This document shows positions 39,089 to 49,528 of a stretch of 64,000 bases of DNA, in pieces. Every line of letters starts with the position of its first letter. Within the stretch, counting starts at the first letter, position 1. Source of the stretch: an uncultured archaeon (lineage in GTDB: Archaea > Thermoplasmatota > Thermoplasmata > Thermoplasmatales > Thermoplasmataceae); contig CP009479.1 of the NCBI GenBank assembly GCA_000965745.1, forward strand, positions 2,112,001-2,176,000, in the 5' to 3' direction. The position numbers and the translations under genes are program-made. A model generated the notes under the pieces. The model made no database searches. It saw nothing but the letters and a program-made list of their open reading frames with translations, and was not told the DNA's origin.

Positions 39089-39733
39089 CTAAAATTTGGA
39101 ACTAATTTTGAGAGCCAGCCTGAAAGACAGATACATAATAATTGGAAATGCAAAGTCCAAATCCAGTATACCAAAACCTCCAAAAACAGTAGGTTTTGTT
39201 AAGTAAGGTATACTTTCCACATCACTTACTACACCAACCAAGAATCCGAAGATATATGAGATTAGAGGACCAATTTTTCTAATGTCCATGGCAACCCATA
39301 GCCCTGCGAATCCTGGGACAACGATTAAGGCGGGAATATTTGGGCCTCCCCCATTTTTGTATATTGGCTTTAGCTGATTCCCACTTAGCATGGTGTATAA
39401 GGTGTCCAAAATAAGAACAACAATCAAAATTATGATGCTATATCGAAAAAATCTGTTCCCATTTGAGGTGTGAGTTGCTATTGCCTTTAAAGCGAAAACT
39501 ATGCTGATTGCCAAAGGAAAAAGGAATCCCAGAATATCTAAACTGACTTTAGAACCGAACAATAGAGGGGTGTTTAATTCAGACATTACACCCAAGAAAG
39601 AAGGGAAGAGTTCCTCAAACAACATTGTGACGAGCCCCAAAATTTTGTATGATAATAGGGAAAACATTGCAAATAATGCGATTCTCAATATGGTTACAAT
39701 GTTTTCATTCCAAACATTCTCGACTTTTCCCAT
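39089..39733 (-). CDS. DUF1614-like membrane protein
   Basis: Polytopic; GFLFPLAIS, SYIFGFLVGVVSD, FGGFGILD resemble DUF1614 motifs. Confidence 0.6.
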   Translation of the reverse strand: MGKVENVWNENIVTILRIALFAMFSLLSYKILGLVTMLFEELFPSFLGVMSELNTPLLFGSKVSLDILGFLFPLAISIVFALKAIATHTSNGNRFFRYSIIILIVVLILDTLYTMLSGNQLKPIYKNGGGPNIPALIVVPGFAGLWVAMDIRKIGPLISYIFGFLVGVVSDVESIPYLTKPTVFGGFGILDLDFAFPIIMYLSFRLALKISSKF

Positions 39734-39899
39734 AAGAACTACATGAAGTTATGTTGCCCAATCCTTATAGTTGATACTTATACTCACCAAAATAGTCCAC
39801 AATCGAAATGAAGTGTCTCAACTGGAATTTGGTCAAATCAGGATTTTTTCAATATTTGGAAGTTAATGGGCCCTGAGTTGTTACGTCATCGGATCCTCA

Positions 39900-40214
39900 T
39901 CAATCATCATATTCTCCGTCTTCAAGGATCCATTTGGCTCCTTTCGCTATATCTTTAAGCTTTCTCCAGGCAAGTTCTTCCTTCCTGATTGCAATCTTTT
40001 CTCGCTCGATATCCTCATTGGGCAGGTTACTTCTCTTTAAAGCCTTCTGTAAGAGATTGTTTTGTTTCTTAACGACCTTAAGGTATTCCATTATTCCTTC
40101 TGCGACATCCTTTTCATGCTTAATTTTGAGTCTCAAATCGAAGTACGCGATGAGTACCAATACAACTGAAACGGTTAAAGAAATAATTGAGAGTATAAGG
40201 CTAACTGAAGTCAT
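39900..40214 (-). CDS. Small single-TM coiled-coil hypothetical protein
   Basis: From ATG 40214: N-terminal TM helix then charged helical region. Confidence 0.6.
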   Translation of the reverse strand: MTSVSLILSIISLTVSVVLVLIAYFDLRLKIKHEKDVAEGIMEYLKVVKKQNNLLQKALKRSNLPNEDIEREKIAIRKEELAWRKLKDIAKGAKWILEDGEYDD

Positions 40215-40605
40215 ATAATTCTGTAACAAGCTGAGTGAAAATACTTTTGTTTGATTTGTTAAACCTCTGAGATCAACACAGACCCCAGAGAAAGCATTTT
40301 CAGGCATCATCCGTTCAAAAGGCATGGGCAACTATGCCCTGAACCTTGGAATGATGGGCTTAGACCAAATTATTGAAGTTGTGGATATTTATCAGAAGTG
40401 ACTGGCTTATTAGGCAAGTGTACCTTTCGGAGCATGTATTCTGTTGGATTTGGCAAAATTTTGTCAAAACTTGATCTGGCAGAATGGCTATTTTACTGTG
40501 TTTCAAACTGTACTAACCATATATAATTTAATATGGTTAAGCCATCTCTGGAGTGCCTGTAATGGCTGATTTGCCATTTTGTGTTTTGCCAGATTGATTG
40601 CAGAA

Positions 40606-41436
40606 TCAGAGAAATACTACTTCCAAATTGTAGTCTTCTAAAATTTCAACATTGGTTTTTTTCGCTATTTCATCTTCTTCCCCGAAATAGTTGGTTATGC
40701 AGTATGTTGGAATCTTCCTTCTGCTTCTCAATGGATATTCAAAGTATTCACTCATCATCAGGATCTGAAGTTCCTTCTTCACCCTTTTGCTGTGATTCTT
40801 TGCAACTTTCAGCCCATGTGCCTGCTTATCTGGGTAAAGGTATCCATTGAACTTGTTGTGTTCGCCTGAGATCCAGTTTCCATAGATGATAAGGAACTTC
40901 TCGTTTTCTGCCATGTCTGTGCCTGTCGAATTGTTGCCAAAATCAATCATCCTTAGATAATCCCACTTTGTGCTGTGCAATGCCTTCTGGATTCTCTTCC
41001 TGGTTGGCTCATCAAATCTTATGAGTTCTTGCATCAGCTCTTCTGGCTTCATACCTCTTACTGTTTTTATCCATTCTTCCAATGATTTGAAAGTGATGAG
41101 AAGGCCATGCTGGCTGTTGTATTTTGAAGTGATTTCAGCGATCTGTCTGTCAATCCTCAGGAATTCTTCAAATGTGTTCAGGTCCATGCTGTCCTTCTTG
41201 AACACATCATTAATGCGTGTGATATTGACAGGGGTCCAAGGCTCCTTAACATAAACTTTCCACTTGTCATCTGGATAATTGCAGTCTTCACTTTGGAATG
41301 TTGCATCTTGCCTTGTGCCATTTGTATGGTACTGTTTCAATTCCAGGTTCTGCCGTCCTGTTAAGAAGCATATAAAAGAGGACCTGAAGTTTACGCTGCA
41401 GAATGGGATTCTTTCGCATTCTGGCCATTGAAGCAA
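40606..41436 (-). CDS. Hypothetical protein, probably 5'-truncated
   Basis: C-terminal ~220 aa look protein-like; N-terminal part looks like junction sequence abutting the PolB remnant. Confidence 0.5.
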   Translation of the reverse strand: MLQWPECERIPFCSVNFRSSFICFLTGRQNLELKQYHTNGTRQDATFQSEDCNYPDDKWKVYVKEPWTPVNITRINDVFKKDSMDLNTFEEFLRIDRQIAEITSKYNSQHGLLITFKSLEEWIKTVRGMKPEELMQELIRFDEPTRKRIQKALHSTKWDYLRMIDFGNNSTGTDMAENEKFLIIYGNWISGEHNKFNGYLYPDKQAHGLKVAKNHSKRVKKELQILMMSEYFEYPLRSRRKIPTYCITNYFGEEDEIAKKTNVEILEDYNLEVVFL

Positions 41437-41438
41437 TG

Positions 41439-41893
41439 ATTTTCTTTGCCTATGTATCTGATTCTGTTTGCAAATACACGTTTTCTTCGTGCTATGTTGT
41501 CAATGTAATCGAATTTGTTATCGTTATGCCTCACGTATGCTATTAACACTTCTTCAAGGGCTTTCCAGTATTCTTTAGAGGGCAAAGGCAATTCACTTGA
41601 GGATTTTCCAGAACGGTAATCAATGAATTCCTTGTACTGAATTCCGTTAATATCCCTTGAAAATGGTAATGATGGAATAGCATTATTTTTCTCAGACCCT
41701 ACAAGAATGGAATTGAAGGGCTTTATCTGTTTATTCAGGGGCTTATCGTGATTCATTTTCTTGAAGCGGTTTAGAATCGACGGTTTAGAACGGTGATTTG
41801 CGATACAGCTATTTTATCAGAATAATTTACAAATTTCTTGTTCAGGATGTCTTTTCAAATCTCCTTTCCTTCTGTCTCTTTGAGGTGGCCCAA
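41439..41893 (-). pseudogene. C-terminal remnant of a casposon-type family B DNA polymerase
   Basis: LGHL..EI*KDIL..AVSQITV/(frameshift)KPSILNRFKKMN..QIKPFN..FIDYRSG..YWKALEEVLIAYVRHNDNKF..RRKRV..IRYIGKE; in-frame stop and a frameshift near 41790. Confidence 0.6.
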
Positions 41894-42184
41894 GGGGGCT
41901 TTGTTATATCTCGGTTCTCGACCTGTTCTTCCTCTTTGCTTTGCTCACGTCAGGGCTGGCTGTGTATCTTACAGTGCTCTAACGTGCTCTTCCTTTGATT
42001 TTTTTCTCACTAAATTTATTCCGATAACCATGGGAATAAGACTTAAAAGTATGTATCTGATAAAGCGAATTTCCCATCTAAAGCTCCCTATCTGGTTCAT
42101 CTGCTCGAATATCCTCATCTGCTCTCCAACGATATTTCCCTGCATTTACAACTTATTAGCATAATAAAAGGATGGTCTCCACCA

Positions 42185-43000
42185 TCAAATCAGTAATTTC
42201 AATATGTGGGAAAGTAATATTGTGGGCTGGTCCTCCATTACAAGGTGACCCGATTCAGCAATTTGGACAAATTCTGAGTCCTTTATTGCATTATTCAATT
42301 TATGTCCCTTCTCTATGGGAATCCAGCTATCCTCCTCTCCCCATACAATCAATACAGTGGTCCGGATGGTAGTATATTCGTTCTCTATCTCATCTGTGTA
42401 TTTCTGACTGGACTGAGCAATTTGACGATAAAATGCAGGCTGACCTGTTGGACCAAGCCAAGGTTCTATAAGCCCGTTTAAGGTTTTCTCATCAACTGAT
42501 TTGTATTTGGCACCTAGGACATAAGTTGATATTAGCGCTTTGTGAATGTAGGGCGGGATATTTTTAAAGGCATTTTCGTAACTTTTCACATGTGTGAAAA
42601 AATCCGACCCCCATGGAGCAATTGCTACAGGGTCGATTAGAATGATCTTATCAAAAGACCTTCCGTCTAACAAGTGTGCCCGTAGAATAGTGGTTCCACC
42701 AAAGTCATGGCCTATGGCCACTGGGGCCTCCAGGCCCCAGTAGTCCAGGAGTTCGCAGAAAACCTTGTTCTGAACTCCGAGGGATACGTCACCAATCCTT
42801 TTTTCAGATGCTCCATATCCTAACAAATCATAATAATAAACCTTAAACCACTGGCTCAATGGAGGGATTAAGTGCCTCCAACTGAAAGAAGACCAGGGCG
42901 TACCATGAACAAGAACAATCGGAGAGCCGCCGCCCTTAATGTCGTAAGCTATTTCTCCAAATGATGATTGGAATCGCCTTTCAGGCCCTAATTGTTGCAT
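42185..43000 (-). CDS. Alpha/beta fold hydrolase
   Basis: VHGTPWSS, DLLGYGAS, GHDFGG nucleophile elbow, WGEED, SGHL. Confidence 0.92.
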   Translation of the reverse strand: MQQLGPERRFQSSFGEIAYDIKGGGSPIVLVHGTPWSSFSWRHLIPPLSQWFKVYYYDLLGYGASEKRIGDVSLGVQNKVFCELLDYWGLEAPVAIGHDFGGTTILRAHLLDGRSFDKIILIDPVAIAPWGSDFFTHVKSYENAFKNIPPYIHKALISTYVLGAKYKSVDEKTLNGLIEPWLGPTGQPAFYRQIAQSSQKYTDEIENEYTTIRTTVLIVWGEEDSWIPIEKGHKLNNAIKDSEFVQIAESGHLVMEDQPTILLSHILKLLI

Positions 43001-43498
43001 TCAGTAGTTCACCCTTCTTTTCCGTTACCTTTCAACTTCTATTTACATATAACAATTGTGCCCGCATATGACGGCTATACGTTATCATTCATAGCCTTTG
43101 GAATTCCTTCCCTGACCCTTATCTATCGCACTCTGTTATCTACTGCCTTGATAACTATATTATCATGAATATAGTGAGTGGAGATATGCAAATGTGCTAA
43201 GGACACCATTGGAAATACATTTGACCTCTGTCATGCGGTCCATGAGGGAAATCTCCTTGGGAGTCCTTCCAGCTACGAATATCTGGTAGAAATTTGAGAC
43301 TAAATGTGATGTTCGACTCAGTGCTTTAATAGAGGCTTCTGTCCACGCGAGATTCTGAATTGCTGTAATGAACAAGTATAGAAAGATAGATTACAGGGTC
43401 AGGATAGCCTACGTACCTTCCGACAGTAGAAATGGAATAGCACGATGTCTTCAACTATGGAATAAGGTATTTTCTGAAAGAACCCTGAGAAAGACTTG

Positions 43499-43532
43499 CT
43501 TACAAGGTTCATTAAGTCCGGTCGGGCCCATT
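43499..43532 (+). repeat. Degenerate att-like copy of the tRNA-Val 3' half
   Basis: CTTACAAGG (43499-43507 = 37088-37096) and TCCGGTCGGGCCCATT (43517-43532 = 37116-37131) with an internal deletion. Confidence 0.85.
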
Positions 43533-43586
43533 TTTGCATGGCGCTTGTTTAGCAGTGCTGGTCGCACGTGCATAGAAACTGCTTTC

Positions 43587-44342
43587 TCATACCATTTGGC
43601 CTGCAAACACCTTGGTTTCATGTTCCATTCTGACCCATTTCCCTTTCTTGTTCTCCTTGAAAGCCTTATCGAATGCTTTTAGCAATTTCCCATACTTTGG
43701 ATTGCTGCTCGCCATAGCATAAGGCGCTGAGAAATACCTTCCCTTCAATGCTTCAAGATTCATTTCCTGCGGATTCGGTAGTGAGAATTTTCTTACTTCA
43801 TGGCCAAAGAAACCCACTATATCATCGTTTGACAGTCCAGTACTTCCGGAGGAATGGTATCCCTCGCTATATTTACGGCATATCTCCTCATAAGCTGCGT
43901 TAATTCCAGTGCTTTTGGCAACACGGTCGTTCCATACGAGAATCAAAACACCATTTTCAGTGAGTATCCGCTTAAATTCCTCCCTGGCAGCCTCTAGATC
44001 GAACCAGTGGAACGCCTGGCCAACAACTATGAATTCCACTGAGCTGTCAGGGAGCCCTGTATGTTCAGCACTTCCATCCATTAAGACAGCTTCCGGATAG
44101 CCAGACAGGTCCTTTTTTGCCGCCTCCCGCATCTCCCGGTTCGGCTCTATGCAGAATACTTTATTGCCATTTTCCAGAAACAGTCTTGCCAGCTTTCCCG
44201 TGCCGGATCCTATGTCGGCGATTGCTGATTCGTCACCCATATTGAACTCCAGCTTTATGACTGAGAGCAGATCTGCTGGGTAATCCGGTCTGTAAAGTGA
44301 GTAATTCGAGGATCGCCCGTCAAAACGGTTCTCATCTTTCAT
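43587..44342 (-). CDS. Class I SAM-dependent methyltransferase
   Basis: From ATG 44342: RF..Y..YRPDYP, ADIGSGTG, QAFHWFD. Confidence 0.92.
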   Translation of the reverse strand: MKDENRFDGRSSNYSLYRPDYPADLLSVIKLEFNMGDESAIADIGSGTGKLARLFLENGNKVFCIEPNREMREAAKKDLSGYPEAVLMDGSAEHTGLPDSSVEFIVVGQAFHWFDLEAAREEFKRILTENGVLILVWNDRVAKSTGINAAYEEICRKYSEGYHSSGSTGLSNDDIVGFFGHEVRKFSLPNPQEMNLEALKGRYFSAPYAMASSNPKYGKLLKAFDKAFKENKKGKWVRMEHETKVFAGQMV

Positions 44343-44924
44343 TGGCAGAAACATTCTGCACGCAGTAATATAGTTGTGGTTCAACCAGCATAACATGAGC
44401 TTACCGCAAGGAAACATTAGACGTTCAGTACCCCCACAAAACGATGCTTCACCACCTGATTCCTTATTTCTCCTGTCATGGAACACTGTGCCCGGTTCCC
44501 ATGAAGGTCGGGAATGCCAGAATACCCGAAGGAAAGCAGAGGTACATTCAATGATTTCAAACAAGCAATACAAAACAAACAGGATGGTGTGATAAGATGC
44601 CACGGTAAGATGCGTTTGCTGATGGCAAGGTTCCATACAAAATGAAGAGAAAAGTATTCACGAGAGCTTTCCGGACAGGATACAAAGTGCAGGCCTGCAC
44701 TGGGGGGATTAAGCATACCAGTGATGACGGGCCATGGAATTCTCGAGTAGTGCCGCAGTTGTTCTTGTACAGATATCGTATATCGGGTGTGAATACCCAC
44801 CAGCTCCACTGTGACTTAATACGATGATTGCAGGCAACTCCCTCCTTTTTGCCTAACATGAAACCGTGGCTGTGCTCTGACAGCTAAGATTAATATTGCA
44901 TTACCCATAGCCTTCCATCATATC

Positions 44925-45965
44925 ATGACGTTCGACTATGATGCTATAGTAATAGGAGCCGGAACGGGAGGTCTTTCTGCCGGCATATCACTGAAACGCG
45001 GAGGGTCAAAATACCTGATTCTTGACAAGAAGGAAGAGATTGGGGTTCCGGTAAGATCAACCGGGGCCGTATCAATAGAGTGGGTGAACAGGATTGGGAT
45101 GCCAACAGACAAAAGCATTGTCCGGTCTTTCATAAAAGGAATAGATTTCCGGACCGACAGGGGAAAGAAAATATCGCTGACATATGATCATCCGGTAGGG
45201 CTGGTCTATGATTTTACAACTTATGAAAAATTCCTTGCGGAAAAATTCGCAGGGGACCTGAATATTAACCTCAAGACAAGAGTCACTTCGATAGAAGGCA
45301 ATGTCGTGAGGACTGAGGATGGAGAGCTGACAGCCGAGAATATTATCATGGCAGCAGGTCCGCAGTCTTCATTTGGCGACAAGCTCAGCAGGGACAATGT
45401 CCTTGTTGCGTATGAAGAGGTTCGTGAATTGCCGGCAAGAGACGATTTCGAGATGATCCTCTGGTTTAGCGACAATGCCCCCGGAGGCTACTTCTGGGAT
45501 TTTGCTGATACAGACAGCACAAGGAAGATAGGGGTATGCTACTACCCATTGAGCCCGTCAAAGCCGAAGGATGTTCTCGCCAATTTCACAAAACAGTTTC
45601 CGGAGGTTGATGGAAAGGCAGTCAGCACAATTGCGCACCAGATACCCCTCGGGCCTCCGGCCTCAACGGTGGTGAAAGGCAACAGGCTCTTTGTGGGCGA
45701 CATGATTAACGCAGTACTCAACACGACAGCGGGCGGTCTTCAGGGAGCTTTCTGGAGTGGAATCGAGGCCGGAAAGGCGGCGGTCAGAAACGATCCTGCC
45801 CAATATCAGAATGTGTGGGACGAGAAGATCAGGCCCTGGCTTCTAAAGCATCATGAACTCCACAGGAGGATGCACAGGAAGGGTGCCAAGTCCATAGGCA
45901 GGCTCATGTCGATTGCAAGGGTAATGCCAAAATCCATGCAGAAAAAGGTTTTTGGCGGCCTTTGA
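44925..45965 (+). CDS. Geranylgeranyl reductase-like FAD-dependent oxidoreductase (divergent)
   Basis: GAGTGG, APGGYFWDF, VGD..NTTAGGL. Confidence 0.8.
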   Translation: MTFDYDAIVIGAGTGGLSAGISLKRGGSKYLILDKKEEIGVPVRSTGAVSIEWVNRIGMPTDKSIVRSFIKGIDFRTDRGKKISLTYDHPVGLVYDFTTYEKFLAEKFAGDLNINLKTRVTSIEGNVVRTEDGELTAENIIMAAGPQSSFGDKLSRDNVLVAYEEVRELPARDDFEMILWFSDNAPGGYFWDFADTDSTRKIGVCYYPLSPSKPKDVLANFTKQFPEVDGKAVSTIAHQIPLGPPASTVVKGNRLFVGDMINAVLNTTAGGLQGAFWSGIEAGKAAVRNDPAQYQNVWDEKIRPWLLKHHELHRRMHRKGAKSIGRLMSIARVMPKSMQKKVFGGL

Positions 45966-46004
45966 AGAATTAGAACGGGTAACGGGATCGGTGATCCACT
46001 TTCT

Positions 46005-47522
46005 TTATCCACCGGTATACTGCTCCACAACGTAGTATTTGTCACTGAACACTTCCTTGTACATGCCAGAGGGGAAATACCCTGATGAAGCTTGTGAAGC
46101 AAGAAATTCCTGCGTCACAACGATGTATTTTATGCCGTATTCATGGATGTAATTTGCTGAAGTTTGATTTGCAGGGTTCATCACGATATATGTCGCTGCG
46201 TTCCTGAGGTCTATCTGGCTGCCCCCTACCAGAAAATTACCATATACGATCACGGGAACGCCATCCACGGATGATATGTAGTTCCCTATGTTTGGAGCTA
46301 TCACGATCCCATTGCTGAGGTTCTTTTCACCCCATGCAAGCAGTTGGGCATCATACTGGTAATACCCGGACTTGTAGTGTGAAACGCTTCCTGCTGCAAT
46401 TCCTGCCTGGAATGGAACTGCGACGAGAACCACGCCCAGAAGAATGGCGATTGCCAATCGCGAAGCGGAATTCCTTCCCTTCCCGGTTGCTGCACGTTTC
46501 AAAACCGGCCCTGAAGTTGCACTGAAAAGCCTGAGGACGACAATAGTTCCCAGTATTATCGTATAATACATTATCCTGCCCCCAAGCGTTGTGGATTTGA
46601 ATATGAAAGGTATGAAGATGAGTGAGGCCACGAGAGCAATTATGAATGGGTCCCATTTCACCTTTGACAGCCTGATGTCGCTCTTGTAGAGTGTGTAAAA
46701 TGCAATCGCGATGACTGACAATGCGAAAGGGATGAACACCATGAGATACGACCCGGCTGTACTGAGCGGTATGTACGAGCCGTAGCCGCTAGATTCGGTA
46801 ACGAAAAATGCATCGTAAACAAACCTGATTCTTGGCAACCACCAGATCAGGCCAACAACCAGGGCCGAAAAGAATGGCATCAGTTCACGGAGTATCAGGT
46901 TGAGGTCCTTCCTGGTTGCGTCATAGATCAGGAGCACAAGGAACGCAAGCATGGAGAAGAACCAGGTAAGATCGTGGCTCAAGGCAAGCAGGACAGCAGC
47001 TATAGATGACCAAAGGATCCAGGTCCAGCCTGAAATGCTTCTCTTTGAGAGTGTGTAAAGAAGGGCTATGAAGAGAAATTCACCGAAGATGAACGGGTCC
47101 CCGCCCCAAGACAGACCATAGAGATCCGGCATGAAGAATACCGCAACTGCGCCGATAATCAAGTTCTTCAAGGCGCTTTTGTTGTTTCTAGCTGCATAAT
47201 ATATTATTGAAGCGGTCAGGGAACTTGCGGTTGCCGCCACTGCCAGAAGTTCAGCCATTACAAGGTGCGGGGCGAATGCCGGATGAAACAGGGCGTTGAG
47301 TGAGTTTACTATCAGAAACAAGAGAGGGGGGTATATGTAGGCAGTTCCAGGAAAGTAGAGCACATTTGCTGCAGGTATCCACCCTGCGATGTGTATCTCC
47401 CTCACAAATGTGGCAAACTGCCCAAGGTCTCCGCCCTGTATGAACGTAGGATAAAAAATGAGCAATCTTACTGACAGTGATGTTACGAATATTGCAAGAG
47501 TCTCAATTAGGGCCCTTCTCAT
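46005..47522 (-). CDS. Polytopic membrane protein, GT-C-like glycosyltransferase candidate
   Basis: GGD in first loop, YIYPP, WGGDP, LSHDL; C-terminal soluble YGIKYIVV domain. Confidence 0.6.
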   Translation of the reverse strand: MRRALIETLAIFVTSLSVRLLIFYPTFIQGGDLGQFATFVREIHIAGWIPAANVLYFPGTAYIYPPLLFLIVNSLNALFHPAFAPHLVMAELLAVAATASSLTASIIYYAARNNKSALKNLIIGAVAVFFMPDLYGLSWGGDPFIFGEFLFIALLYTLSKRSISGWTWILWSSIAAVLLALSHDLTWFFSMLAFLVLLIYDATRKDLNLILRELMPFFSALVVGLIWWLPRIRFVYDAFFVTESSGYGSYIPLSTAGSYLMVFIPFALSVIAIAFYTLYKSDIRLSKVKWDPFIIALVASLIFIPFIFKSTTLGGRIMYYTIILGTIVVLRLFSATSGPVLKRAATGKGRNSASRLAIAILLGVVLVAVPFQAGIAAGSVSHYKSGYYQYDAQLLAWGEKNLSNGIVIAPNIGNYISSVDGVPVIVYGNFLVGGSQIDLRNAATYIVMNPANQTSANYIHEYGIKYIVVTQEFLASQASSGYFPSGMYKEVFSDKYYVVEQYTGG

Positions 47523-48633
47523 TATTTACCACACTGAGATAAAGATCGGAAAGTTTATCGGATATAGTATCCCAGTCATACTGCACAGAGAAGTCCCTTG
47601 CATTCCGGCTAAGAGTCTTCCATCTGTCTTCATCCTTGTACAGCTGCTTGATCTTGGAAATCATATCTTCAAAGTCCTGGGATACAATCCCGTTATAGCC
47701 GTCCCTGATAACTTCATTGATAGCAAGATTATAAGGACCGCTCAGGGCCATCACTGGAACTGATGCAGCCATTGCCTCCAGAGATGCTATAGAGAATCCT
47801 TCACGGTAGCTAGGCATTACAAAGAGCCATGAGTTTTTAATTTCCCTTACGAGTTCTTCGTGCCCAATGTGGCCGGTGATGCTTATGTTACCGTTGCCGT
47901 TTACCAGATTCCTCAGGTTTCTGATCTGGCTCCCGTCGCCTACAATTTTGAGATTGAGGTCCTTGTGCTTGTTTACATGCTTGATCAGGAGATCCAGCCT
48001 CTTGTGGGATTCAATCCTCCCGACATAAATGATCTGGCCCCATTCCTTGTTATTGTTGCAGAGGAATTCAGAAGTATTCACGCCGTTGTTGATTATTGAG
48101 ACGTTCTTTGAAGGCCCGTAGGTGTTTTTCAACAGGTTGGAAACAGTATCTGAAACAGCTATGTGGTTATGGATGAACCTGTACACAAGGCCCTCCCAGC
48201 TTGCCACTTTTCTCCAGAAGACGTTTCTTGAATAATAGTAATCCCTGAGTACCTCGTGCCATGTGAAAAATGTGTTCTTTTTCTTTTCTATGGCTTGAAT
48301 CCCGCTGAGAGCATGTACCAGGGGAAATTCGTCGAAATTATAAATGTCGTAATCACGGTATTCTTTCAGCCTTTTCCTGACTCCTGATGAGTATTTCAGT
48401 GCTCCCATGAGCCTCCTTGAGTCCACTTTGAAATACTGAGAAGGGTCGAGATTTGTAACAAACTCGACGTCCAGGCCTTTAATTTCCGGAGGGTCTGTGA
48501 AACCGTTTGTGAGGATCTTGATCTCGAAACCCTTGTTTGCAAGACGCCGGAAGGTTTCAAAAGACCTTGTCTCTGCACCTCCCTCATGCGGATGAAAGGA
48601 CTCGTTGGCCGAGATAATCCTTGGAAGGTCCAT
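47503..48633 (-). CDS. Family 4 glycosyltransferase
   Basis: GGAE, YVGRIESHKR, PSYREGFSIASLEAMA. Confidence 0.93.
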   Translation of the reverse strand: MDLPRIISANESFHPHEGGAETRSFETFRRLANKGFEIKILTNGFTDPPEIKGLDVEFVTNLDPSQYFKVDSRRLMGALKYSSGVRKRLKEYRDYDIYNFDEFPLVHALSGIQAIEKKKNTFFTWHEVLRDYYYSRNVFWRKVASWEGLVYRFIHNHIAVSDTVSNLLKNTYGPSKNVSIINNGVNTSEFLCNNNKEWGQIIYVGRIESHKRLDLLIKHVNKHKDLNLKIVGDGSQIRNLRNLVNGNGNISITGHIGHEELVREIKNSWLFVMPSYREGFSIASLEAMAASVPVMALSGPYNLAINEVIRDGYNGIVSQDFEDMISKIKQLYKDEDRWKTLSRNARDFSVQYDWDTISDKLSDLYLSVVNNEKGPN

Positions 48634-48983
48634 CTATATATGTCCTCCGATGTTCATCGTGATGACAAGTGATGCACCGTTTTGATTATAATTTTTGCCC
48701 GCGATCTGATAATCTGACATGTATTTCCATGGTGTGATACGTTCAGTCAATTCGTTTTCCTGTCTTGCGATGTCAGACATGCATGCTTCAGCGTTAATAC
48801 CAATCTCATATGAATAACTTTGTAGTACAGCCGACGCGATCACTTTAAGATTGCATCTTCGCTGACGCGGTTTGGACAAACGTTTGAGGGCTGAAAGCCA
48901 TGTCTGATCAACCCTTGTTGATATCCTGTGAGATCATGCCTGTTCAGCGCTTGCCAAAGATTATATAACTATTTTACACTGTC

Positions 48984-49502
48984 TTGCCGTTGGAAATTAA
49001 CAGGCCCAGTTGGGACCAGTACTTCATGAGGATGGCATTCCTGGCTGCATCGAGAACTAACTGCACCAGAAGAAAAGTAGGGGCCGTCATAGTAAAGGAC
49101 AAGAATGTGCTTGCAACTGGATACAACGGTCCACCGTCAAATTCCGCACATTGTGATTCTGCCGGCTGCCTCAGGAACATCATGGATGTGCCATCGGGAG
49201 AAAGGCATGAGCTATGCAGGGGACTGCACGCCGAACAGAATGCCATAATCCAGGCAGCCGTGCATGGTGTAAGCATAAAAGACTCTGTTATATATGTGAC
49301 AACACATCCATGCGTTGTTTGTGCCAAGATGCTTATTAATGCCCATATAAATGAAGTCATATATGCGGATGGCTACCCGGATGAGCTTTCCAAACTCATG
49401 CTTCTCGATAGCGATCTTAACTTGAGAAGATTTGAACTTCCTGAAGAGGAAGTGAGGATGATGATCGGTAACTTTTCCATGGCAGAGTCGGGTGAAGATT
49501 AA
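48984..49502 (+). CDS. dCMP deaminase (ComEB family)
   Basis: [25 protein letters not shown]. Confidence 0.93.
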   Translation: MPLEINRPSWDQYFMRMAFLAASRTNCTRRKVGAVIVKDKNVLATGYNGPPSNSAHCDSAGCLRNIMDVPSGERHELCRGLHAEQNAIIQAAVHGVSIKDSVIYVTTHPCVVCAKMLINAHINEVIYADGYPDELSKLMLLDSDLNLRRFELPEEEVRMMIGNFSMAESGED

Positions 49503-49528
49503 AATATATACAGGAATAAGGGTAAGAA

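Larger units (their letters stand above)
37088..43532. mobile_element. Decayed integrated element (~6.4 kb) inserted at the 3' half of tRNA-Val
   Basis: Flanked by tRNA 3'-half and a degenerate copy at 43499-43532; visibly AT-richer; orphan and broken ORFs nearly all on the minus strand; no integrase recognised. Confidence 0.8.

Noticed and set aside
41900-41970. PDVSKAKR..GREPRY fragment resembling an NAD-dependent epimerase C-terminus
   Set aside because: Too short and needs a frameshift; cannot be supported without a search
43163-43375. GRTPKE motif suggestive of an IS6-family transposase tail
   Set aside because: No DDE residues or terminal repeats recognisable
44343-44920. Several short overlapping ORFs and the long N-terminal extension of the methyltransferase
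   Set aside because: No motifs and atypical composition; likely non-coding or eroded sequence
48659-48717. C/D box sRNA-like pattern (GTGATGA ... CTGA)
   Set aside because: No convincing C'/D' boxes, and it coincides with the likely GT4 promoter on the opposite strand
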